From contig OZ025710.1 of NCBI GenBank assembly GCA_964019335.1, forward strand, positions 440,299 through 504,298: a stretch of 64,000 nt of DNA. The letters are read 5' to 3'. The notes beneath the pieces were generated by a model that was not told where the DNA came from, made no database searches, and worked only from the letters and a program-made list of their open reading frames with translations. Position numbers and translations under genes: made by a program. How positions within the stretch are numbered: position 1 is the first letter of the stretch; each line of letters opens with the position of its first letter. The stretch is from Diplonema japonicum. Taxonomy: Eukaryota; Protista; Euglenozoa: Diplonemea. This document shows positions 33,405-43,400 of this stretch, piece by piece.

Positions 33405-33517
33405 TTGTTTGTGCAAGCCGTTTTCACCTACAGTAGGGATAAACGGACAAGCTGCCTCTACTCTTTTTTGCAATAACAATTCTTTTCAAAAATTTGTTTA
33501 CTTGTTCCAGCAAAAAA
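33405..33517 (-). repeat. 5' repeat A1 of the retrotransposon (113 bp)
   Basis: Identical to 29518-29630, offset 3887 bp. Confidence 0.92.
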
Positions 33518-33751
33518 AATAAGTTTCTTGTCAGAAACAATGCCTCCGGAAACAAAACGGTAGTAAGCATTGGACGACCATTTTATGCTGCTAGTTTTTT
33601 TTGGGCGAAAACAACTTTTTTTTCCCCAAGAGACTGGATATGAAGATTTTCAGAAATCCCTGCGACAATTAGCGAATAGTTGACCGCATCCAAAAGAAAG
33701 AAAGAAAAAAAAAAAAAAAAAAAAATACAAAGGTCCACACTATCATAATAA

Positions 33752-34683
33752 ATGACCGATGCAGTGAAGGATGTGACGGCGGGCACCATCAGTGGGATGT
33801 GTTCGAAGTTGATCGAGTACCCGTTCGACACGGTGAAGGTGCGACTCCACACCGACACAACGGGAAGGTACAAGGGCGCGCTTGACTGCTTGAAGAGCAC
33901 ATTTAGCGAAGAGGGTCTGAAGGGCATCTACAGGGGCGTCGGGAGCCCCATTGCTGGTGCAATGGCGGAGAACGCCACCCTATTCTGGGCGTACGGCATG
34001 GCACAGAGAAACGTAAAGTCCTATTATAACATGGGCGAGAAGGACCAGCTGTCCCTGACGCAGCTTGCCCTTTGTGGGTCTGCTAGTGGTGTTGCCGTGT
34101 CTCATGTGCTGTCTCCTGTAGAACGGGTGAAGTGTCTGATGCAGCTGCAGGAGATCGGGCTGACGAAGACAAAGTACTCGAACTTTGTTCAATGTGCAAT
34201 TGGAACCATCAAGGAAGGTGGCATTGCGAACCTCTACAAGGGCCACACTTCCATGCTTCTCAGGGAGCTCCCCGGCAATGCCGCGTGGTACGGCTGTTAC
34301 GAGTCCTTCTGCAAGCTGTTCTGTAACTACCGGTCGTGCACCAAGGACGACCTCCCTTCTTCTTACATCGCCCTTGCTGGTGCTCTGGGAGGCTGTGCCT
34401 ACTGGTCTGCTTTCTTCCCTGCCGATGTGGTTGGGTCACGCATGAGGGGGGCTGATGCTACATCCTTCTCGGCAACCTTTAAGGAGATCTACGCCACGCA
34501 AGGCGTGCGGGGGCTTTATAATGGATGGGGTATTACTATGGTATGTTCGGGGAAGGGGGGAAAAAAAAAAATATATATATATATATATATAATAAAAAAA
34601 TGAAGATCCGTGCTTTCCCTGCCAACGCTGCCATCTTTGCAGTCTACGAGAAGGTCAGGAAGGAGTTGGACACCGTCATGTAG
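33752..34683 (+). CDS. Mitochondrial carrier (SLC25; ornithine/carnitine-carrier-like), 288 aa; exons 33752-34540, 34606-34683
   Basis: Three PxD/ExxK/R repeats (PFDTVKVR, PVERVKCL, PADVVGSR). The GTATGT...AAG intron restores ITM|IRAFPANAAIFAVYE. Confidence 0.9.
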
Positions 34684-35335
34684 GCGTATAGCGTTGGGTA
34701 GCCAGAATTGAATCTGAGTTTCTTTTTTTTGATATGGTCAATTATTTTATTATCAAGCCCCAAGGCAACAAAGGAAAAAAGCCCAAAAAAATTCCTTCAC
34801 TCACGCCCGTGCTTATTCTTTTGAGTTGTTTGATCGATTTACACCTTTCTTGGTACCTTTTTCGAGTTTTTTTTTTTTTACAAAATAATTGACCATATTG
34901 AAGTCTTTGTATGCACGGAAAACGATGGAGGAGAGAGGGGAAGAGAGAAATAAAAAAACGTTTCAGAGACATTGATTTTCCCCCCCTCCTTTCTCGAGGA
35001 CCCCCTCAGGAGAAAGGTGAACAAAGAAAGAAAGGAGGGAAATAAAAAGGAGGGGAACAAGAAAAAAAAAAGAAAGAAAAAAAAACGTTTCAATATGTAG
35101 CCAGTTGTTTTGCTATTTTGTCAGTGGACCCCCTTCTCACAAAAATGAAGAGAAAAAAAAAGAAGAAACACTTCCGCATCAGTAGATAGAAAAGAAGAAG
35201 AAAAATAAAAGAAATAAGAAAAGAGAGAAATAGGAACGGAGAGGGCACACCTCCTGCGTACAGTATAATACCCCCCCCCCCCCCCCCCCCGTATCTTTTT
35301 CTTCACACCAACCAGAAGGGCGAGGACACCACATA

Positions 35336-35587
35336 ATGCATGTCCGTGTGCGCAAGTTGTACAAGGAATTGCTGCACCTCTCGGAGTACCACCCAACCCT
35401 TCCATCGAACAGAGTCCGCGAGAAGATTCGTTTAAAATTCATGGAAAATAAGAACATCGAAGTAGGTAGCAACGATTGGAAGAGGAGCCTTGCATGGGGA
35501 CGGTACTGGGTGAAGGAACTAGAGGCCCTGATCTACTTGCACAAATACAGAGCGTTGAGAGAACGGTACAACACTGAAGAAGACTGA
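35336..35587 (+). CDS. ETFRF1: LYR-motif protein, LYRM5/ETFRF1-like
   Basis: VRKLYKELL LYR motif, and C-terminal GRYWVKELEALIYLHKYRALRERY typical of LYRM5. Confidence 0.75.
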   Translation: MHVRVRKLYKELLHLSEYHPTLPSNRVREKIRLKFMENKNIEVGSNDWKRSLAWGRYWVKELEALIYLHKYRALRERYNTEED

Positions 35588-35731
35588 ACGAGAGATGGGA
35601 GATGGGAGGGAGTACTAACCACTATTCCCCCCCCCCCCCCCCCCCCCCCTCATGGTGTCCCGTCTTTCTATTATTCATAAATCTCGAAGACCACGGTGGA
35701 CCGTGGGAGGGAGGGAAGAAAAAGAAAAAAA

Positions 35732-36895
35732 ATGAAAAATGCAGATGCGTCTCAGGTGACTTTTCAGCACCCCGTCATGACAGACAGCAACACCTGCGGG
35801 ACGAACACACCTTCACCAAGGTGCAGGCTACGAAGGCAGAACTTAAGTTTCAGTTTAAAGGCTGCACACGCACATGGGACAGGGACCCGGCGATGCTTGA
35901 GCACAGGGGGTATGGATGTTGGAAAACTGATTGATCGAAACGATAACAACGATGAGGATCCCCCCGCAAGCAGGACGAACCTGGAAGTGAACTTCAAGTT
36001 CGGCGATGAGGATGTTGAGGACAGCGTCTCGGCTGACGAGGACAGCGAAGCTGAGCAGGCGGCTGTTCCTGTGCAAGACCGTCACGACTTCCGGTATCTC
36101 GTCGCAGGGGCGTGCCTGCTGACGGCCGCCTCAGGTTACACCAACGCCATTGCAGTGCTCAGTATCGGCAAAACGGCTACCCATGCCACTGGCGCCACTA
36201 CCTACACCGGCATCCACATTGTCTCCGGCCAGTACCAAGCTGTGATGCAAGCCGTCGCAATGCTTCTGTCGTTCCTGTCTGGCTCCATCATATGGAGTGC
36301 TTTTGGTGGCTACGGATCAGAGCGGTTCGTATTAAAGCCACGGTATGGTGTGTTCTTGGTGGGAGGAGGCTGCTTGCTGAGTATCGGGCTTTGGTCGGTG
36401 TCCGCGGGCCACGGCACAGCGGGGGGCTGCGTGATGTCGTTCTGCAGCGGGGTGCAGAACGCGCTGTGCACATCCTTCAGCGGTGCTGTGATACGGACCA
36501 CCCATGTCACGGGGATGCTCACCGACATCGGGATCTCCATTGGACACTACCTGCACGGCTTTTTCACCAACACCCTCACCACATCCCCACCCCCAGACAC
36601 GTGGAAGCTTCGCATCCTTCTCCCCCAGTACGCTTCGTACCTTACCGGTGCCTTTCTCGCTGCACTTTTCTTCTCGCTTGTTGGAATCACTGCAGGGTAC
36701 CTCGTTTCCTGCAGCCTCACCCTCGCTGGGATGGCGTACATCTTTGCAAGCAGCAAAGGCCACTTTGACACGCTCGTCGAGGAAGAACTCGAGGAACAAG
36801 AGATAGAAGAGATGGAGAGGAGGTTCTCTGTCGCTCTGCACACCGCACTCCACACAGGCGTCGGGTCAGGAAGGGGGTCGTTTATTAGGTCATGA
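35732..36895 (+). CDS. DUF1275/YoaK-family membrane protein
   Basis: SGYTNA, THATG, SFLSGS, SGVQNA and RTTHVTGMLTDIG motifs plus multiple hydrophobic helices. Start codon uncertain. Confidence 0.85.
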   Translation: MKNADASQVTFQHPVMTDSNTCGTNTPSPRCRLRRQNLSFSLKAAHAHGTGTRRCLSTGGMDVGKLIDRNDNNDEDPPASRTNLEVNFKFGDEDVEDSVSADEDSEAEQAAVPVQDRHDFRYLVAGACLLTAASGYTNAIAVLSIGKTATHATGATTYTGIHIVSGQYQAVMQAVAMLLSFLSGSIIWSAFGGYGSERFVLKPRYGVFLVGGGCLLSIGLWSVSAGHGTAGGCVMSFCSGVQNALCTSFSGAVIRTTHVTGMLTDIGISIGHYLHGFFTNTLTTSPPPDTWKLRILLPQYASYLTGAFLAALFFSLVGITAGYLVSCSLTLAGMAYIFASSKGHFDTLVEEELEEQEIEEMERRFSVALHTALHTGVGSGRGSFIRS

Positions 36896-37336
36896 GACTA
36901 CTCAACATGCATTGTCATGCATCCTTTGCTTTTCCCCCCCATATTTTCTTTGGTTAAGTAAAACATCCCTTTTACCCATTGCGACAACTGGTGAGCGGCT
37001 ATTCCCAGGACCGCTGTGTCGTCATGCGGATACTGTGCGAGTTCGGGTTTTCTGTGCGGTGATGTGTTTCTACAGGGACCGTCATCGGTTGTGCTTGCCA
37101 GCCGATGGCTTAGAGCACTTGGCCTAGCATATGCGGGGTGGTAGTAGATACATGATCCACCTGCTGCTGTTGTCGTTGTCGTCGATTTGGGTCACTTCGT
37201 TACCATTCATGTGTTGGTCTTCCGGCTGGGACCACGTGGAGGTGGGTCCTGGGGCGGTTCGACACGGGGTGCTCACAATAAAAAAGACAGTGCTACATAA
37301 TAATACACATATGCCCGGAAGAAGCGAGCCACTATA

Positions 37337-40192
37337 ATGTCCAAGCTAATGGAATATCATGAATACAGTGCGCAGCTGGAGCGGGATAGTGTTGTGGGGC
37401 AGCAGTTCGGGGCAGTGCTGCGGGCAGCGAAGCAGGGGTGGGTGGCACCGAGCGGTGCAGCTGCGGGAAGGTTGCGGACGCCGTCGAGCCCGAGCACATC
37501 AGCTACCTCAGCAGCGCATGAGGACGCACATGCCCAACTGGCTGGGTTGCAGAAGAGGCTTGCAAGGCTAACGTCACACGTGGACAACACGTTAAGTAGC
37601 CACACCTGGGTGAGACCTCAACTACAAGCAGCTCCGATGCCCGTAGTGGTACATAATCCCGAAGTGCCTGAAATACAAAAACCTGTCACCACTCCTGTTC
37701 CTGATCCTGTTCATGTTCCAGCCTCTGCTCACGTTCGCACCCCGGTCCCTGCGGAAGACCTTATCGTGCAGGAGAACAGCAGGCTACGGGACGAGCTTAA
37801 CAAGCTGAGGGAGGAACGAGGAAAGACCGAGGAGTTGGATCAGTTGCGGGAGAAGCTCGACAAAACCCTCGAAACTACCACGAGGGTCACTACAGAGAAC
37901 GAGAAGCATCTGGCTTGTCTCACAGAATCTGAAACAAAGCAACGGGAACTTACCGAGGAATTGAAAAACGAGTTGTCGTTGGTACGTGACACGCGGCAGC
38001 GGGTGGAAGCTGCTGCGATAACAGAACTGAAGAAGGAGAATGAGGTCTTGAAGAACAGGAACGCTGCTTTGGGAACGGCGCAGGAGAAGCTGCAGAAGGA
38101 GATCGCTACCTTGAAGCAGAAGATACCAAAGAAGAAGCTTGTCCAGTCAGTAGGGGTGGCCACTGAGACGCCTGTGAAAGTAGTAACCACTACTACCACA
38201 AAAACAATGGGCAGAACGCCTGTCATATCGAAGAAAAGGCGGAAGAAAAGTGGGACTGAAGCTTCTATGCCAGTACCTGTAGAGTTGCAACACCGTGCGG
38301 CTCACGAAACTCCTCGAACATCTGAGAAGACACCGCATACAGCACAGAAGTCCACTCGCGTGCGGGAGGTCATCCAAGAGCCCCGTGCATCCCACGAGAC
38401 GGTTCGGGCAATACAAACAGCCGTGCTCAACGCACAGAGCTACTCCGAAGAGCCCCCTCCTGCAGAGTTCGATGTCGTCCGGTGTACCCCTCCAGTGAAG
38501 AAAACCGTCAGGCCTGTCATCTTTCCTGAAGAAACCAACAAGAATCCGTCCTCTCCTGCAGAGCCGGAACCCAAGCTGCAAGTTGCGCGCCACGCTGCTG
38601 CAGTAAAGAGGTTGAAGGATCGGGAGTCGCTCTCCAATTCACCGGGAAGAGAAACAGATCTTGAGTCCGCTTGGTTCGCGCTGACCACGCCAAAGAAAGA
38701 CTCGCCTGTTGCCATTCCAGCAGAGCTGAAGACGCCCGAGTTCCCTCATATCTGCGACACTGATGACGAGAGCATGCACTCGTCATGCATAAAGATGTCC
38801 CCATCGCCGGCTGCTCCTCCTCCTCCACCTGCTGTGTTGTTAGAGCAAGATACAGAGAAGATGCTCGAGAAATGGAGGGAGAAGGTTAGACAAGAGGAGC
38901 AGCTGGCCGAGCAGCGTCGACAGGAAAAACTGCGGAAACAAGAACAAGAGGACGAAGAACAGTGGAAGAGGAAAAAGAAGCAGATGGAACAAGAAGAACA
39001 GAAGATGCTGGAGAGCATCCGGCGGAGGGGGGAGGAAGAGGAACACAAGGCACGGGCTGCTATGGAACAACAGGTGCTGAAGCAGAAAAGCGAGATTGAA
39101 AATTTGGACAGAGAGATTGAAAAGCGTGTACAACAGCAGGAAGAAGAAGAAGAACGAGCGCTGAAGCAGAAGAGGGAGCTCGAGACATTGGAAAAAGAGG
39201 TTACAGAGCAAAAAAAGAAACAGGAAGAACGAGAAGAAAGAGAAAGACAAAAACGAGAAGCAGAAGAGAAGAAGAGACAGCAGGAAGAAGAAGCGGCACG
39301 GGAAAAAGCAAAAGAAGAAGCACGCAAAAAAGAGGAAGAAGAGAAGGAAAAAGAGTACTCTGAGGTTGCCTCGGCGAGCACAGCAAGCACTGATGCCACG
39401 CCACTCCTCGTAAGGGACCTTCCAACTGATGATGTGCTTGACGGGGCGTTGGACAGTGCTGACAGTACACCCTTGCAGTCTCCTGAGAACCCTGAGGAGG
39501 AGAGCGCACATGGCAGCTTGGAAGATGACGAGAAGAAAGAAGAAAAGGAAAAGTATATGGACAAAAAGGAAGCTACAAACAAGTCGCAGACAATGTCGGA
39601 GCTGTTGTCGACGTTGAACTTGAAACTGCCGCCACCTGCGATGCCTTCCACTCCGCCTACTGGACCAGTGACGAATAGAGGCAAAGAAGTACTGGAGTCA
39701 GTTCTGGCAAAACGGTCGCCCCGAGGCCGCCCACCAGCGTCCCCTCAGCTGCCTCAGAAGACAATAGGCAGCCCGATAAAGCTCGGCGCAGGTCGGGGGA
39801 GGGCTTCTCCAATAAGCCGTGCTTCCGACTCGCCCCTGCGCCCTTCTGCAGGCCGTGGACGGGGATCCGATTGGGGCTTCGATTCACCTCTGCCAACTGC
39901 AGGCCGTGGGCGGGTATCCGACTCCCCTCTGCCATCTGGTCGCAGGCGGGCATCCGATTCACCCCTGCCAACTGGCCGTGGGCGGGGCCGTGGCATGGGT
40001 GGCGGCAGCAGTTCTCCTTTGCTTTCCACTGTTATCAGTAATAGAAGCAGCCAGCGCGAGCGGACCACGACACCCAGAGACTCCCCCACTCGACTCCCTC
40101 CCTCCCTTCAACTTAAACAGCTTCTTGACACTTCCAAGATTGCTTCCCCCGCTGTGCAAAAGCATGTCAAAAAACCTCCCCAACGCGAGTAA
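37337..40192 (+). CDS. 951-aa coiled-coil / disordered protein with C-terminal (SDSPLxxxGRGR) repeats
   Basis: Long ATG-initiated ORF with two E/K/Q/R-rich coiled-coil segments and a Pro/Ser-rich tail. Confidence 0.8.
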   Translation: MSKLMEYHEYSAQLERDSVVGQQFGAVLRAAKQGWVAPSGAAAGRLRTPSSPSTSATSAAHEDAHAQLAGLQKRLARLTSHVDNTLSSHTWVRPQLQAAPMPVVVHNPEVPEIQKPVTTPVPDPVHVPASAHVRTPVPAEDLIVQENSRLRDELNKLREERGKTEELDQLREKLDKTLETTTRVTTENEKHLACLTESETKQRELTEELKNELSLVRDTRQRVEAAAITELKKENEVLKNRNAALGTAQEKLQKEIATLKQKIPKKKLVQSVGVATETPVKVVTTTTTKTMGRTPVISKKRRKKSGTEASMPVPVELQHRAAHETPRTSEKTPHTAQKSTRVREVIQEPRASHETVRAIQTAVLNAQSYSEEPPPAEFDVVRCTPPVKKTVRPVIFPEETNKNPSSPAEPEPKLQVARHAAAVKRLKDRESLSNSPGRETDLESAWFALTTPKKDSPVAIPAELKTPEFPHICDTDDESMHSSCIKMSPSPAAPPPPPAVLLEQDTEKMLEKWREKVRQEEQLAEQRRQEKLRKQEQEDEEQWKRKKKQMEQEEQKMLESIRRRGEEEEHKARAAMEQQVLKQKSEIENLDREIEKRVQQQEEEEERALKQKRELETLEKEVTEQKKKQEEREERERQKREAEEKKRQQEEEAAREKAKEEARKKEEEEKEKEYSEVASASTASTDATPLLVRDLPTDDVLDGALDSADSTPLQSPENPEEESAHGSLEDDEKKEEKEKYMDKKEATNKSQTMSELLSTLNLKLPPPAMPSTPPTGPVTNRGKEVLESVLAKRSPRGRPPASPQLPQKTIGSPIKLGAGRGRASPISRASDSPLRPSAGRGRGSDWGFDSPLPTAGRGRVSDSPLPSGRRRASDSPLPTGRGRGRGMGGGSSSPLLSTVISNRSSQRERTTTPRDSPTRLPPSLQLKQLLDTSKIASPAVQKHVKKPPQRE

Positions 40193-40452
40193 TTCCTGCT
40201 TTTATTTTGTATCCCCCTCCCCACTCCCCCCTTTTGTATAATGGTGCAGTTCCTTTTTATTCTAGTTTTTCTGTTCAATTTTAATTTTCTGTGAAACCAA
40301 TTTGGTTCGTCGGTCCAAGATATTCTTTTTGCACAGAATCGTTCTTTTACACGTTGGTGTTCTGTGCATTTTGCTGTGTTTCTGCGCACTCGAGCATTCG
40401 TTGCCGCACTCTATTTTTAAAATCACATTTCTACAGCGTACACTAAAACAAC

Positions 40453-43400
40453 ATGGGAGATACCAAAAAGGGGGTCATCCAGAAGCTCAGGACGCTCGAC
40501 AAAGTTGTGTTCAGCCCGTTACTGGATAGCATAGAGAGGTGCGAGGAGGTAGGGAAGCAGGTTCTGGAATGCGGTGGATACAAGCAGGTAGGGGTGTTGT
40601 GGCAGGGCACTGGCGGAAGGATCATCGTGATAATGGAACGAACTAACAAACCCGAAATGCTCGACATCAGCTGCCTGAAGCACTCAGAGGTGGTAGACGA
40701 CGTAAGGCAGGGTGACATCTTCGAGAATGTGGACACTTACATGACAACGATGGAGGCAAAGCTCGAGTCACAAGGGGTCCCCGACAGTAAGCAGTACTCT
40801 ATCCAACTGCAGGACACGGGGTCGAAGTTTACTACGACTGTCACCAGCGATTCTGTCATCGTGTCTGCTTTCTCGAAGCTCACCCCCACCTACTTTGACC
40901 TGTGCCTCCGTCTGAATTCCTCCGCCCTTGTCTACTACAACAAAACAGTGGCGGGGAACCTCACCCATTCGGGTGACATCGTAAATGGCCACGAGCTCCT
41001 CCACACTGTGAAGCTTCGTAGCTGCACTGCTGACGATGTTGTTGTCCCCTTCCTCACTGGCTACCGCAGCACACCCCTCCGCAGGTTCGAGGAGCACCGC
41101 CCAGTCGTGGTGGTGTGGGACCATACCACCAAGGAGTGCTTTGTGATTCGTGTCCCGCTTGACGAAGTGACCATTGGAGACCACACACTCTGCGCGCCTA
41201 TTGTCGGTAGGCAAGGGAGAGACAACATGATCCACTGGGAGGTGCTCGCGAACCCCTGCGTCGGTTCAGGTGCTGCACCGTCTTTCAACTCCGACAGCAT
41301 GGCTTCTTTGGAACGCGCCCGTGAAAGTGGTTCAAAAACCGAGCCTGCAAAGCCTGGGTTCCTTGCAAAGGCTGCAAACCTCTTCAAGAAAACGCTTTCG
41401 TCTACTGACAAACCTTCTGTTGATGTGTGTGAGACTCCCGCACCGAAAGATGTCCAAGTGCTGGTGGAGGGAAATAAGAGGAAAGTCGTGATTCTACACA
41501 CCGAAGACGTAGACCCCTCGTTCATCAACATCGTCCCCGATGTGTACATTCCCTTCGGGGGGTCGATGGCCTTCTGTGACGCGGCGCACAACTACCACCC
41601 AGACTACCACACAGCGGAGGGGGAGGTGAAGCAGGATAAGGAATCGGTGCTGCTACCATGTGTTGTACCTGGAGGCCTGGTGGGTGGGCTGCTACTCACT
41701 GCGGGCAAGGTGTGCGCTCCTATGAAGAAGGGAGTAGACCTTGCGGAGTTCTACAGGACGACCGAAATGCTGGTGGTTGTGGTTTCTGACAGGATGATCG
41801 ATGCTGCAAGAGAAGTGAACCCCGACATGCGCCTTAATGGATTGTACATCGTTGTTCCCAGCGTAGACCCACCGGCTGCTGTCTTCGCCGAAAAGAACAA
41901 AATGCGAGAGTACCTTCTGGGGCTGAACATGAACGCAGCCATGTCACTGGCAGGTCCTCAGTCATTCATTGTGGCAGGGCTGAAGGACCCTTCCACGGGG
42001 CTATACCGTTACTTTTCTCTGGACGGGGTAGGGCTGAGATGGTTGGTGGAGTCACCCGTGATACCTTTCGAGGAAGTGACGGCGCAGATGGAGGACCTCC
42101 GCGAGTGGGTGAAGTCTACGACAGAGGCCGATGAATGTGTGAGGTCAGTCGGTGTGCTAGTGGACAGACGTACAGCAAAGGTTACTTTCCAGGGAGCGCT
42201 GTACGAGGTGGCAGCGCTCACAAAGCTGTTCACAGAGCTCACGATTGACGATTTCACGGAAGCGAAGACAGACATGAAGGAAGTGCTGGCACAGCTGCGC
42301 ATGTTGCTCGACGACAGCGAGTTGAAGAAGCTTGGGAAGACGCTCACCACAGTGCTGAGGGAGAAGATGGTCCCTGCATGGCAGATGACAGAGGAGGAGA
42401 AAGGGAGCCTGGATGATATGCTTGCAGGGAACATGAAGCTCTCTGCGTCATACAAGGAGCACAAGGCAAAATGCAACAAGACTAAAGCGGCCCTGCAGTG
42501 GCTAGTAGAGGAGCTGGGGTGCATGGTGTCGTCGTCAAAGGCGGGGACGATTGGGTTCAATATCCAGAAGCTCGCAAAGGCGCAGAAAGTAGCTGCGAAT
42601 GTAGGAGTCGCTTTGAATATGTCTCTGAAGGACTTCACCGACCTCACAGAGCAGCACTGTGGGGAGGCGGGAGCGGTCGTGTGCAGTGTGAACAGAGACG
42701 CGATGAGGGAGCTGCTTGCTGCGGTAGCGACGACAACCTTCTCGGACTTTGCTTCCGACAAGTGGGAAGAGTTGATGCAGAGAAACCCTCTGAGCTGGGA
42801 CAAGCCCTTGTTCGACGCGAACACAGTGGGTGCACTTCTCGAAATGACGAAGGAGGCAAAGGCACACCCCCTGTCGCAGAAGGCAGGCTGCAAGTCACAG
42901 ACCCTTGCTCTGCCCAACAAGTTCGCTGAAGACACAAAATCATCTCTCGCTCTGTTCCTGCTTGACAGGTTCATAGAGATGAAGGACCCATACATTGCAA
43001 AGTGGTACGCCCACGCGGACTGGCGCCCCGTCGCCGTGCTCAGGATCCTGCTGCGTTCGACGATTTCCGACGCTTCAATGTGCAGGGACATCAGCCCCGC
43101 CATTTCCCCTACGAACAAGGACTTGGGATTCTTCCTCGCGACAGTGATCCTGGCACAGATTAGACAGATCACGGAGCGCCGTTCTGCTGGATCTGAGGTG
43201 GCCTTCGATGACACGATTTCGCAAATCACGCGAGGTCTCTATGGTTTCGTGTTGTGCTTGCTGGCGTCGACAGGGACGGGGCAGCCGTTGAGCACAGCGT
43301 GGCAGATCGTCAGTGAGTCGACGGAGGTACCGAACCTCCCGCGTGAGCACGAGTGGGTGTACTATGGGGAGCTGGCCAAGAACTTCCACGGAACCGGGTG

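Larger units (their letters stand above)
29501..33519 (-). mobile_element. Tyrosine-recombinase retrotransposon (VIPER/TATE-like order gag-YR-RT/RH, Ngaro-type split direct repeats)
   Basis: A1 (33405-33517) - ORFs - B1 (29625-29657) - A2 (29518-29630) - B2 (29501-29533). YR, RT and RNase H motifs are present. Both ends lie in an oligo-A tract with no classical target-site duplication. Confidence 0.93.
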
